Virus record (IMG/VR): IMGVR_UViG_3300027653_000015
Location: 1-50,583 of that record
Direction: 5' to 3' (one strand)
Origin: a virus
Lineage: Duplodnaviria; Caudoviricetes
DNA length: 50,583 bases
A program made the translations under genes and the position numbers. Of the stretch, positions 36,968 through 45,445 are shown piece by piece; position 1 is the stretch's first letter; the number at the start of each line of letters is the position of its first letter. The notes below the pieces were generated by a model. It searched no databases, had not been told where the DNA came from, and saw only the letters and a list, made by a program, of their open reading frames with translations.

Positions 36968-37051
36968 CTGGAGCCGGGTTTGTTTCTCTCAACTCTCTCC
37001 CCGGCTCCGGAACCCGCCCCTTGACTTGTCCTCCGGGGGCGGGTTTTATTT
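36968..37051 (+). terminator. tandem hairpins with pyrimidine loops; the second is a terminator
   Basis: GGAGCCGGG/CCCGGCTCC and AACCCGCCCC/GGGGCGGGTT, followed by a T-tract. Confidence 0.7.
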
Positions 37052-37061
37052 TATCCAGTTA

Positions 37062-37081
37062 TGTGGTACTATTAAGACACA
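37062..37081 (+). promoter_or_regulatory. TGTG-N12-CACA promoter/operator, copy 8
   Basis: TGTGg TACTAT taaga CACA. Confidence 0.85.
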
Positions 37082-37102
37082 ACGACACGGAAGGAGCCAA
37101 TC

Positions 37103-37315
37103 ATGTCCCGGTACGTATCACCCGCAGAGCGCACAGAGCGCATCCGGAGCGGGTACTGCCCGCGTTGCTTAGGGTCGGTTTTGTGGTACGGGGAAGCGCG
37201 GGTATTCAGCCGGGTTAGTCCGGTGGAAATCTGCACTTTCTGCCAGGCCGACGAGGAGCACCTCTCGGAGTCAGGCCAGCCGCTCCAGACGCCTGGAATG
37301 TGGCCAGTCAAGTAG
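37103..37315 (+). CDS. small zinc-ribbon protein
   Basis: CPRC...SR...ICTFC...E. Confidence 0.65.
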   Translation: MSRYVSPAERTERIRSGYCPRCLGSVLWYGEARVFSRVSPVEICTFCQADEEHLSESGQPLQTPGMWPVK

Positions 37316-37341
37316 TTTCCCTACTGCCTTAAGGAGGCACC

Positions 37342-37716
37342 ATGTCCGCTCACACTGATTCCTACGGGTACCTGTTCACGAAGGTGCAGACCCCTTGCGG
37401 AGTCCGATTCGCTTACCTGGCCCAAGACATTGGGGAACCAGAATCGTGGAACTCGGTGATCCTCCGGTCAGCGCTCTCAGTAGAGTCGCCGTGCTGCCTG
37501 GATCGGGTAGGCTACGACGAAAACACGTTCTGCCAGTCCTGCCACAAGGAACTTCCGGGCTACTATCTTCCAACGTCCGTAGATGACCTGCTAAAGGTTC
37601 TACGGCGCCAGGGGTGCCCTGCCTCGGAGGAGTGCGTAGGAACACTGATCTGGGAAGTTCAGGAGGGCTGCAAGTCCTCCGCCACCGCTCACGATGTCGA
37701 AACACTGAAGAACTAG
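37342..37716 (+). CDS. Cys-rich hypothetical protein
   Basis: AAGGAGG RBS; SPCC...CQSC. Confidence 0.6.
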   Translation: MSAHTDSYGYLFTKVQTPCGVRFAYLAQDIGEPESWNSVILRSALSVESPCCLDRVGYDENTFCQSCHKELPGYYLPTSVDDLLKVLRRQGCPASEECVGTLIWEVQEGCKSSATAHDVETLKN

Positions 37717-37726
37717 GAGTCGGGAA

Positions 37727-37930
37727 ATGATCGAAAGAAATATCGCCAAAAAGGAAAATCGGCAGACCTTCGAGGCCCGCTATCCGCAGGCAGTGCGGGC
37801 GATACGCCGCGCTTATTCGGATACCGGGGACGACGTGTTTCTGGAGATGCTTAATCAGATCGATGACTTTGCCAGGATTGACCCGGATCTCATGGAGGAG
37901 TTCCAGCAGGCATATGAGTTCTGGAGTTAG
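37727..37930 (+). CDS. hypothetical protein
   Basis: AGGAG RBS; 67 aa. Confidence 0.6.
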   Translation: MIERNIAKKENRQTFEARYPQAVRAIRRAYSDTGDDVFLEMLNQIDDFARIDPDLMEEFQQAYEFWS

Positions 37931-37935
37931 GCCGC

Positions 37936-37968
37936 GCCCCGGGGTTAGCCGCCCCGGGGTTGTTTTTT
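37936..37968 (+). terminator. intrinsic terminator
   Basis: GCCCCGGGG/CCCCGGGGT stem followed by TGTTTTTT. Confidence 0.7.
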
Positions 37969-37977
37969 CAGTTTTAA

Positions 37978-37997
37978 TGTGGTACTATTAAGACACA
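37978..37997 (+). promoter_or_regulatory. TGTG-N12-CACA promoter/operator, copy 9
   Basis: Identical to copy 8. Confidence 0.85.
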
Positions 37998-38018
37998 ACA
38001 GCAACCCAGGAGGACAAA

Positions 38019-38177
38019 ATGCAGGTCAACACGATCACCCCGGAGCACGTGGTAAGCATCGAGAAGTTCGGAGATTCCGCGCTTATCTGGAACTGCACGT
38101 GCGGGCAGGGATTCATCTCCCCGGATTTTTCCCTGATATTGGAAACCTCCAATCAACACATGGGTCTAAACGCCTAA
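38019..38177 (+). CDS. small hypothetical protein (52 aa, absent from ORF track)
   Basis: GGAGGACAAAATG; MQVNTITPEHVVSIEK...WNCTCG...H. Confidence 0.65.
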   Translation: MQVNTITPEHVVSIEKFGDSALIWNCTCGQGFISPDFSLILETSNQHMGLNA

Positions 38178-38213
38178 ACCGGATCGACTGAGAGAATCGA
38201 GAGAGTGAGAGAG

Positions 38214-38939
38214 ATGGCAACCATGACTACTGAACCTCAACTTCTGACCTACGAGGACCCCTTCCCTGGACGCAGCGGCGATGAACTGATCTGGGAGACC
38301 TGCGGGAGGTGCGCTGGCCAGGGTTATATCCGCGAATATTCTCACATCGACGACGGCCGCTGCTTTGAGTGCGACGGTCGCCCGCACTGGGATACTCCGG
38401 TACGGGTACTTCGCCAGCGCGAAAGCGCTCGCATCTCCCGCGCCAACGCAGAGATCCGCAAGGCGCATCGGGCGCAACTGGAAATCGAGGCCAACACCTC
38501 CAATTTTGAAGCAGCCTATCCGGAGGTCTGGCGCTGGATCGAGTTAAACCGGATTGACCCGGACAACCGCTTCGCAGCGTCGTTGCTGAAGCGCGTGGAA
38601 AGCAAAGGCGAACTCACCGAGAACCAGATCGCCGCCGTACTTCGCCAGATCGAGGAGGACGCCGCTCCTAAGCCGCTACTCCCGGAAGGCCGCCAGGAAG
38701 TGGTCGGCAAGATTATTTCGATCAAAGAGCGCGATAGTTTCTACGCCCCGAACCGCACCGAATGGAAGATGGTCGTGGAGGCTGTCGAGGGCTGGCGAGT
38801 CTGGGGCACGCGCCCCGCTGCTATCTCGGAGGCGCAGGTCGGAGACCGGGTACGGTTCACTGCCACGCTGACCCGCTCGGATGATGCTCAGGACTTCGGA
38901 TTCTTCAAGCGTCCCGCTAAGGCAGAAGTCCAAAACTAA
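38214..38939 (+). CDS. zinc finger plus OB-fold-like protein
   Basis: CGRCAGQG...CFECDG, LTENQ and GDRVRFTAT...FFKRP motifs. Confidence 0.65.
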   Translation: MATMTTEPQLLTYEDPFPGRSGDELIWETCGRCAGQGYIREYSHIDDGRCFECDGRPHWDTPVRVLRQRESARISRANAEIRKAHRAQLEIEANTSNFEAAYPEVWRWIELNRIDPDNRFAASLLKRVESKGELTENQIAAVLRQIEEDAAPKPLLPEGRQEVVGKIISIKERDSFYAPNRTEWKMVVEAVEGWRVWGTRPAAISEAQVGDRVRFTATLTRSDDAQDFGFFKRPAKAEVQN

Positions 38940-38952
38940 CCCGAGGCCGGGG

Positions 38953-38989
38953 TTGACACTCCCCGCCGTTGTGGTATACTTGAGACACA
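38953..38989 (+). promoter_or_regulatory. SigA-type promoter with TGTG-N12-CACA, copy 10
   Basis: TTGACA-16 nt-TATACT; TGTG at 38970, CACA at 38986. Confidence 0.85.
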
Positions 38990-39017
38990 AGGAAAGAAAG
39001 AGAGAGAGAGAATCAAA

Positions 39018-39485
39018 ATGATGACGCAGGACGTTCGCCCAGGTCTGGTAGTGGAGTTCGAAGGAACCGAATTCGTTGTGTTGGATCGCCACCCGAAGCG
39101 CGCTCACTGGTGGCTCCAGCGGAAGTCGGACGGGGATATCTCCGAAGGCCGGTACGCTCACCCCGAGGATCTGGTTCTGGTGGGCGATTCCACCGGCAGG
39201 GCGGATCTCCTCACCTTCACGAATCGGGCAGGTCAGCGCGGAGCGTTTATTGTGCGGGGCGAACTCGGGGAGTGGGTACTCACCCGGTCACCCGAAGGAT
39301 GGAGGATCTCCCACCGCCCGACAAGCCTCCGGGCCGCTGATTTCAAGACCCGGAAAAAGGCCGAAGAAGTGATGGCAGAACTTCACGAAAACATTGTCCC
39401 CACCGGTACTAATCTGCCCGCGCTGAAAGAGCAGCGCATCTCCCTAGCCAACATTCTCCAGAAGCACCTGGCCCACGGATACTGA
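39018..39485 (+). CDS. hypothetical protein (cassette)
   Basis: 155 aa after an (AG)6 leader. Confidence 0.65.
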   Translation: MMTQDVRPGLVVEFEGTEFVVLDRHPKRAHWWLQRKSDGDISEGRYAHPEDLVLVGDSTGRADLLTFTNRAGQRGAFIVRGELGEWVLTRSPEGWRISHRPTSLRAADFKTRKKAEEVMAELHENIVPTGTNLPALKEQRISLANILQKHLAHGY

Positions 39486-39518
39486 TCGAACTGAACTGAC
39501 TATCGGAAGGAACCGAAA

Positions 39519-40001
39519 ATGACTACCGCAAACATCACCATCCCGGAAACAAAACAACTCGACGAGATCGCTGAGCACCTGACCCCGATGATTCGGGAAG
39601 GCGTTTCTAGGCTGATCGAGATGGGCTTAGAGGTTTACTACCTGCCACCGCGCCGCCCGCTCCCCCAGAGCACCACGACCACCTCGTGGGTCTACTTCAC
39701 GGAGAGCCTGGAAGAGGACAAGCCGCTCGGGACGTTCGGCTATGACCTTTACGACTATGAAGGAAAAGACGGGCTCTACATTTCCTCCTCCCTGGTTCCC
39801 ACGAAACTGGACGGCTCCAGCATGGGGATAATCGGAGGCGGGGAAGGGCTGGACTTGACCTTTCAGGAAGGCGTCCAGCGCGCCCTGCTTGACCGCCCTA
39901 GTAACTCATTTCAGGGCGGGGAGGATAGCCCGCACATCCGGAACGCTGGAGCGCATAGCGCGGTGCAGAAGTTCAAAGATCTGGTGCGGATAGTTCTCTA
40001 A
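39519..40001 (+). CDS. hypothetical protein
   Basis: GGAAGGAACC RBS; 160 aa. Confidence 0.65.
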   Translation: MTTANITIPETKQLDEIAEHLTPMIREGVSRLIEMGLEVYYLPPRRPLPQSTTTTSWVYFTESLEEDKPLGTFGYDLYDYEGKDGLYISSSLVPTKLDGSSMGIIGGGEGLDLTFQEGVQRALLDRPSNSFQGGEDSPHIRNAGAHSAVQKFKDLVRIVL

Positions 40002-40005
40002 AAAC

Positions 40006-40048
40006 GTAGCCCCTCCCCGGCGGGTTCCTAGTAACGGGGAGGGGTTGC
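40006..40048 (+). terminator. long-loop hairpin / terminator
   Basis: CCCCTCCCCG/CGGGGAGGGG arms. Confidence 0.55.
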
Positions 40049-40082
40049 AATTATCTCCGTAGTGTGTTACTATTAAGACACA
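40045..40082 (+). promoter_or_regulatory. SigA-type promoter with TGTG-N12-CACA, copy 11
   Basis: TTGCAA-17 nt-TACTAT; TGTG at 40063, CACA at 40079. Confidence 0.85.
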
Positions 40083-40098
40083 AGCCAAGGAGGACAAA

Positions 40099-40326
40099 AT
40101 GACTAAGACACTTACCGCCAAGGATCAGGACGGTCAGACGATCTCCGTAGGGGATCTGGTTTACCTGGGGAACTATGGCGACGCGCAGGACCTGATCGCC
40201 ACGGTCTACAACATCAACGAGGATGGCACCCTTGATGTCGAAGGGGGCGTGATGACTGCCGATAATCAGGACGAAATCTGGCACCGCTTCGAGGGCGTGG
40301 ACGCCGATGAAGTTGGACTATTCTAG
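40099..40326 (+). CDS. small acidic hypothetical protein (cassette)
   Basis: GGAGGACAAAATG; D..G.TI.VGD.V motif. Confidence 0.7.
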   Translation: MTKTLTAKDQDGQTISVGDLVYLGNYGDAQDLIATVYNINEDGTLDVEGGVMTADNQDEIWHRFEGVDADEVGLF

Positions 40327-40331
40327 GATAG

Positions 40332-40351
40332 TGTGCTACACTTAGAACACA
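40332..40351 (+). promoter_or_regulatory. TGTG-N12-CACA promoter/operator, copy 12
   Basis: TGTGc TACACT tagaa CACA. Confidence 0.8.
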
Positions 40352-40366
40352 ACACAACGAGAGACT

Positions 40367-40390
40367 GAGAGAGAGAGAGAGAGAGAGAGA
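40367..40390 (+). repeat. (GA)12 microsatellite in a 5' leader
   Basis: Read directly; ends 10 nt before ATG 40401. Confidence 0.9.
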
Positions 40391-40400
40391 GTCGAGAAAA

Positions 40401-40640
40401 ATGGACTTCACGATAAACATCACCACCGAAAACACCGGCACCGGCGCGGGCGACGAACGACTCCGCCAGGAGATCCTGAAGCGGATCGCCGAAACTCTAG
40501 AAGCCGAATACGGTTGCGGTTGCGACTGGGTGCGGAAGCACACCAGTTTCCGCGAGGACTTTCAGGTTTCCTCGTGCGAGGTTCCTCACCGCGAGGACGA
40601 CTACGACGGGGAGCAGGTTCTGGAGGTACGCTTCGCGTAA
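40401..40640 (+). CDS. hypothetical protein (cassette)
   Basis: 79 aa between promoter copy 12 and a terminator. Confidence 0.6.
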   Translation: MDFTINITTENTGTGAGDERLRQEILKRIAETLEAEYGCGCDWVRKHTSFREDFQVSSCEVPHREDDYDGEQVLEVRFA

Positions 40641-40648
40641 ACCCCTCA

Positions 40649-40683
40649 CCCCGCATCGGAAACGGTGCGGGGATTTTTATTTT
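40649..40683 (+). terminator. intrinsic terminator ending the cassette array
   Basis: CCCCGCATCG-GAAA-CGGTGCGGGG followed by ATTTTTATTTT. Confidence 0.8.
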
Positions 40684-40748
40684 CTCGGCAATTTTAGGCA
40701 TCCTGGTACGATCAGACGGAAACCGTCTGCCACTACCGGGGAGAAACT

Positions 40749-42416
40749 GTGAACCATTCTTTGAAGCCGAAAAGACCTACACCGCTCAACAGTCTGACGG
40801 CGAGTGCTTTGCGGATTAAAAACCAGAAGATGGAGAAGCGGCTTACCCTCGGAAGTTCGGACTGGCAGTCGGATGCCTGGGATCTCTATGAGCAGGTGGG
40901 GGAGCAGCGGTTTCTGGCGACGACACTAGCGAACCGCATGAGTCAGGCATATTTCTACGTGGGGGAATTGACTGATGATCTCGACGATCCAGTGGAGACC
41001 GAGGAAGAAACTCTAAAACAGGTTCTGGCGGGTGTGGGACACAACGCCGCAGGACTGGCGCAAATTATTCAGCGGCTCGGGTTGAACCTATTTATCGCGG
41101 GCGAAGGATGGCTGGCCGGAATACCTCGGGACATGATGCCCGACACGGTGGCGATAGCGGCTCCGAGTGGACGCGAGAATCCCCCGCTACCGGCGTGGCT
41201 GGACGGACTCTATGACGATGAAGATATCGACATCATGGATCTCGAATGGCGGATGCTTTCAGTTGATGAAGTTTCAACTACTCCCACGGATGCGGTGAAA
41301 CTGATTCTGGGGGAGGACGATAACTCCACGCTAGAGGTGGATCCGGAGGATATTTATCTGTTCCGGATCTGGCGTCCACATCCCCGCCGCGCGTGGGAGG
41401 CAGACTCCCCGACGCGCTCCAGCCTTCCGGTACTTCGGGAACTGGCTGGGCTGACGATGCACGTCTCGGCGCAAGTGGACTCCCGACTGGCGGGTGCAGG
41501 TGTTCTTATAGTTCCCCAGAGTGCGCAGGACGCCCTCCGGCAGTCGATGGCTGACCCGGAGACGGGGGAGGAGCCTCCGGAGGATGCATTCACGGACGCG
41601 CTAATCGAGGCGATGGTGACACCGATCTCGGACCGGAGCAGTGCCTCCGCCGTGGTGCCGCTAGTGCTGACCGTCCCGGATCAGTCGGCAGATAAGTTCC
41701 GGCACATATCTTTCGCGTCGGAACTGGATAACGAGGCCCGCGAGTTGCGCAGCGAGGCCATCCACCGACTCGCCATTGGGCAGGACGCGCCGCCTGAACT
41801 CCTACTCGGAACCGCTGGCATGAACCACTGGGGAGCGTGGCTGGTCAACGAGGACACGGTGACAACGCACCTGGAGCCGCCCCTCGCGCTAATTTGTGAC
41901 GCTTTGACTACTCAATATCTGTGGCCGGTCATGTACGCCCTCGGGTACACCGAGGAAGAAGTGAAACGACACGTTATCTGGTACTCGGTGGAGCACATGA
42001 TAGTCCGCCCGAACCGGGGCAGGGACGCCCTAGCGCTCTACGAGAAGGGAGAACTCGACGGAAAATCCCTCAGGGAGACGCTTGGATTCGGTGAAGATGA
42101 TGCTCCGGAGGAAGCCTCGGAGATGCCTCCGGCGGTGGCCCTCGCTATGGACATGGTTAGGAATGCTCCCTCGCTGGCATCGGATCCGGGACTACCTGCA
42201 CTCATTGCGCAGATCCAGGAAGCCCTGGACGGCTCTCCAGGCGACTCTGGGGACGCTGCCGGGGGTACTGGAGGGGAAGGGGCTGCCGGGCCGTCAGAGG
42301 ACGCTCCAGAGGGGTCAGAGGGGCAAGAGAGCGGGGGAGGGGCCGATGACCCTGACGCTCCGCCATCGATTCCGGAGACTGACGACGCGCCCGCTCCCGT
42401 GGAGGTGGTGGGATGA
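40749..42416 (+). CDS. portal protein
   Basis: WQSDAWDLY..VGE, RIWRPHP...ADSP, SRLAGAGVL and NHWGAW motifs typical of actinophage portals. Confidence 0.85.
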   Translation: MNHSLKPKRPTPLNSLTASALRIKNQKMEKRLTLGSSDWQSDAWDLYEQVGEQRFLATTLANRMSQAYFYVGELTDDLDDPVETEEETLKQVLAGVGHNAAGLAQIIQRLGLNLFIAGEGWLAGIPRDMMPDTVAIAAPSGRENPPLPAWLDGLYDDEDIDIMDLEWRMLSVDEVSTTPTDAVKLILGEDDNSTLEVDPEDIYLFRIWRPHPRRAWEADSPTRSSLPVLRELAGLTMHVSAQVDSRLAGAGVLIVPQSAQDALRQSMADPETGEEPPEDAFTDALIEAMVTPISDRSSASAVVPLVLTVPDQSADKFRHISFASELDNEARELRSEAIHRLAIGQDAPPELLLGTAGMNHWGAWLVNEDTVTTHLEPPLALICDALTTQYLWPVMYALGYTEEEVKRHVIWYSVEHMIVRPNRGRDALALYEKGELDGKSLRETLGFGEDDAPEEASEMPPAVALAMDMVRNAPSLASDPGLPALIAQIQEALDGSPGDSGDAAGGTGGEGAAGPSEDAPEGSEGQESGGGADDPDAPPSIPETDDAPAPVEVVG

Positions 42417-42880
42417 CCGCACATCCTCAGCACTTGCCCCGCGCTTGCCCGGTATGCGGCGCGCACTCGCTGACTCCCGCAGGGGAAACTAGCGCGCTAC
42501 TGGCCGTTTGCGACGTGCTGGTGGTTAAGGCACTGGAGAAGTTAGGCCGTCGTATCGTGCGGGCCGCCCCGCGCAGCGCTGGCCGGTTCCGGGTGATGAA
42601 CGGGAGACCCTGGCATATCGCCCACACCATCTGGCGCCCCACGGAGCCGGAAGTGAAACGCGCGCTCCAGGGCGCATGGGATGTCGTGCCCGCGCTCCTC
42701 GTGAACCATTCCACTCAGCCCGTCACGCCGCAGCAAGTCACGGAGATGCTGGACTGGTATACCCGCGATCTGGCGATCACTGGAACCGAGCACTCCTTCC
42801 ATGAACTGATGTACCGATTTCAAGACCGCCTCGGTCTGCCGGTATACGTCAAAACGGAGGTAAGCCATGCCGCCAACTAA
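42413..42880 (+). CDS. hypothetical head-region protein
   Basis: LLAVCDVLVVKALE motif; ATGA overlap with the portal. Confidence 0.6.
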   Translation: MTAHPQHLPRACPVCGAHSLTPAGETSALLAVCDVLVVKALEKLGRRIVRAAPRSAGRFRVMNGRPWHIAHTIWRPTEPEVKRALQGAWDVVPALLVNHSTQPVTPQQVTEMLDWYTRDLAITGTEHSFHELMYRFQDRLGLPVYVKTEVSHAAN

Positions 42881-43844
42881 CCGCCGCCCCGACACGCCCG
42901 GGGAGGCCACGCGCCGCCGCTCTGCCCTGGAGGTGGAGATCGAACAGGCGATGGACTACGCATTGGAAGAGTTTTTCCAGAACGTGGTGGACGTGGTTAT
43001 CGAGCGCGGGGAAGGTCCGGAGCCCTTGTCGTACATAACTTTCGAGAAGTACTGGGATCAGGCAGCCTCCGAGATTGAAGAAGATCTGGAGGGCGTTCTC
43101 GACCCGGATGACCTGGCCGCATTCGTAGAGGATTTTCTGGAATCCGAGATGCTGGCCGCTACCCTCGAAACGGCGCAGGAGATGATCCAACTAGCGGATG
43201 ATCAAGAATGGACAGAGGCAGAGTTCGCGGACACGGTCTACACCGCGTTCACGTACTACCCGACTTCCCCGCAGTCGCTGACCGCCGCAGGCCGGATCCA
43301 GTTCGCTAAAAAGAAACGCTCCAAGTCCCAGCGTCGCCGCCATTCCGAGCGTCGTGCCCGGAAGCGGGCTGAACGGAAAAAGGCCGAAGAGGCCGCCAAG
43401 AAAGCCGCTCAGGAGGCCGCGAAAAAAGCCGCCGAAGCGGAACGTAAAAAGCAACTCCAACCGGCCTCGGATCGTCGCCAAGCAAAAGATAAAGCCCGCC
43501 AGCGGATGGCTGATTTCGGGGACGAGTTTTCTAAAAGAATGAAGCGGATTCGCCGCACCCATTCCACGGCCGCGACCGCGCGATTGGAATTGAACACTCT
43601 CCGCTTGAACGGGTATACCGAAAAGCAGTGGATCTCCCACCACGATGAACGCACACGCGCCACTCATCTGGCAGCGGATCGGCAGGTCGTAGGGATTGAT
43701 GATTTTTTCACCGTGGGAGCCGCGTCTTTGGAGTTTCCGGGCGACCCTAATTCATCTGATTATGGCGAGATAGCCAACTGTAGATGCGTCTTGGTGGGGG
43801 TAGGTTCCCCCGCGTCGGATGTACTGAACGGGGGCTCCGAATAG
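42867..43844 (+). CDS. MuF-like minor head protein
   Basis: KQW...DERTR.TH, F.VG..L.FPGDP and ANCRC motifs. Confidence 0.8.
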   Translation: MPPTNRRPDTPGEATRRRSALEVEIEQAMDYALEEFFQNVVDVVIERGEGPEPLSYITFEKYWDQAASEIEEDLEGVLDPDDLAAFVEDFLESEMLAATLETAQEMIQLADDQEWTEAEFADTVYTAFTYYPTSPQSLTAAGRIQFAKKKRSKSQRRRHSERRARKRAERKKAEEAAKKAAQEAAKKAAEAERKKQLQPASDRRQAKDKARQRMADFGDEFSKRMKRIRRTHSTAATARLELNTLRLNGYTEKQWISHHDERTRATHLAADRQVVGIDDFFTVGAASLEFPGDPNSSDYGEIANCRCVLVGVGSPASDVLNGGSE

Positions 43845-43906
43845 TACGTCATTATTGAGTAAGACTCGGATTCGAGACATACTGGCTCTAACTTTAGGAG
43901 AATCAA

Positions 43907-45280
43907 ATGGCTAAAACCGCCCGCTGGAGTGGGGTTATCGCGGTAGAGAACTTGTTGACGGGAGACGGTCGGTTGCTGGAAACTGACTCCCTCCGGTGGG
44001 AGAACCTGCCGCTACCCATTCGCACCGTTAAGGAAGATTCAGGCGCCCACGACGGTGCAGTCGTGATCGGCTTGATTGAGACGATTGAACGGCGCGAAGG
44101 GGGTGAAATCTGGGGAGAAGGATCTATCGACCTGGGGAGTGCGGAAGGTCAGGAAGCCTTCCGGCTAATCCAGGAAGGTTACCGGCGCGGGGTCTCCGTG
44201 GATCTGGATGACACTTCCTTTGAGATCCGCATTGCCTCCGAAATCATGGAAGAAATGGACTCCATGATGGAAGAACTTTTCGAGGATGAAGATGAGGAAG
44301 AAAGCGCTGAAGAGGTGGAACGGGAAACGGATGAAAATGGTCGCGTTACCGTCGCCAAAATCGGATCCGACGATGAAGTGATGGTCGTTACCTCCGCCCG
44401 GATTCGCGCTGCCACCCTGGTAGATATTCCCGCATTCATTGATGCTCAAATCTCGGTGGTCGAGGAAGATATTTCCGAGGAGGAGCAAGAAGAACTTTCA
44501 GCACTGGTGGCCTCCGCCCTGTCGATACCGATTGACCCGCCCGCTGACTGGTTTAACGTCCCAGAAGCGAGTACCCCTACCGCCTTGACGGTCACGGATG
44601 AAGGGCAGGTCTACGGGCACCTCGCGCTGTGGGGCATTGACCACGTGGGGCTGGCCGCTAATGGGCAGTCTGTACACGCGCCCCGGTCGAATACGGATTA
44701 CTCCTACTTCCACCTCGGAGTCGTGCGCACCGCAGAAGGTACCGACGTGGCTACCGGGAAGATCACCCTCGACACTAAGCACGCGGGCCGCTCCTGGTCT
44801 GGTCCCCGCGCCGCAGCACACTACGAGGACACGGGGAGCGTGGTGGCAGACGTTCGCGCAACGGACGGCATCCACGGTATTTGGCTCTCCGGGGCACTCC
44901 GCCCGAACGTCTCCCCGACCCAGATTCGAGAACTCCGGGCCGCTCCACTCTCCGGCGACTGGCGGGACATGGGCGGGAACCTGGAACTCGTGGCCGCGTT
45001 GGCGGTTAACATGCCCGGCTTCCCGGTACCGCGTCCCGGCGCAATGGTGGCCTCTGGATCCGTCAAGACACTGGTGGCCGCTGGGATGATCCCGCCCCGC
45101 CGTGTCCGCCGCCCCGGTACGGAAGGGGCACTGAGTGCGAAGGATCTCTACTACCTCAAGCGGTTGACCGCGCGGGAAGAACGCGCTGATCTGGCCGCTG
45201 CCCGGGTCGCTTCCGCGCAGAAGTTAGCGCGCCGCGTGCAGGTGAGCCAGATGGCGCGCCAAGTTCGGGAGGCTCAGTAG
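43907..45280 (+). CDS. capsid maturation protease
   Basis: TGDGR, H.GAVVIG.I, GVSVDLD and ATLVDIPAF motifs; second domain GHLALW...LSGDWR. Confidence 0.8.
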   Translation: MAKTARWSGVIAVENLLTGDGRLLETDSLRWENLPLPIRTVKEDSGAHDGAVVIGLIETIERREGGEIWGEGSIDLGSAEGQEAFRLIQEGYRRGVSVDLDDTSFEIRIASEIMEEMDSMMEELFEDEDEEESAEEVERETDENGRVTVAKIGSDDEVMVVTSARIRAATLVDIPAFIDAQISVVEEDISEEEQEELSALVASALSIPIDPPADWFNVPEASTPTALTVTDEGQVYGHLALWGIDHVGLAANGQSVHAPRSNTDYSYFHLGVVRTAEGTDVATGKITLDTKHAGRSWSGPRAAAHYEDTGSVVADVRATDGIHGIWLSGALRPNVSPTQIRELRAAPLSGDWRDMGGNLELVAALAVNMPGFPVPRPGAMVASGSVKTLVAAGMIPPRRVRRPGTEGALSAKDLYYLKRLTAREERADLAAARVASAQKLARRVQVSQMARQVREAQ

Positions 45281-45282
45281 GA

Positions 45283-45444
45283 GTGAAAAAGATTTCGAAA
45301 CCGGCTAAGCAGTATCAGGTGCCGTATCGGCTGACGACGAAAGATGGGGTTACCCTCACTTTCGGGTCACTCCTGGAAGCCCGCGCCGCGCTGGTTCGAG
45401 CCGGTGGAGGGCGTCTATACCCTCTGAAAACTAAGGATCGTTGA
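45283..45444 (+). CDS. small basic head-region protein (53 aa, absent from ORF track)
   Basis: GTG after GGAGG; Y.L...DG...F...LEARAA..RAGGG. Confidence 0.55.
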   Translation: MKKISKPAKQYQVPYRLTTKDGVTLTFGSLLEARAALVRAGGGRLYPLKTKDR

Positions 45445-45445
45445 C

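Noticed and set aside
35545-40351. Repeated TACTATTAAGACACAA units as a CRISPR array or integron attC sites
   Set aside because: Spacing is irregular and gene-sized, the repeats contain -10 boxes, and there is no cas operon or tyrosine recombinase.
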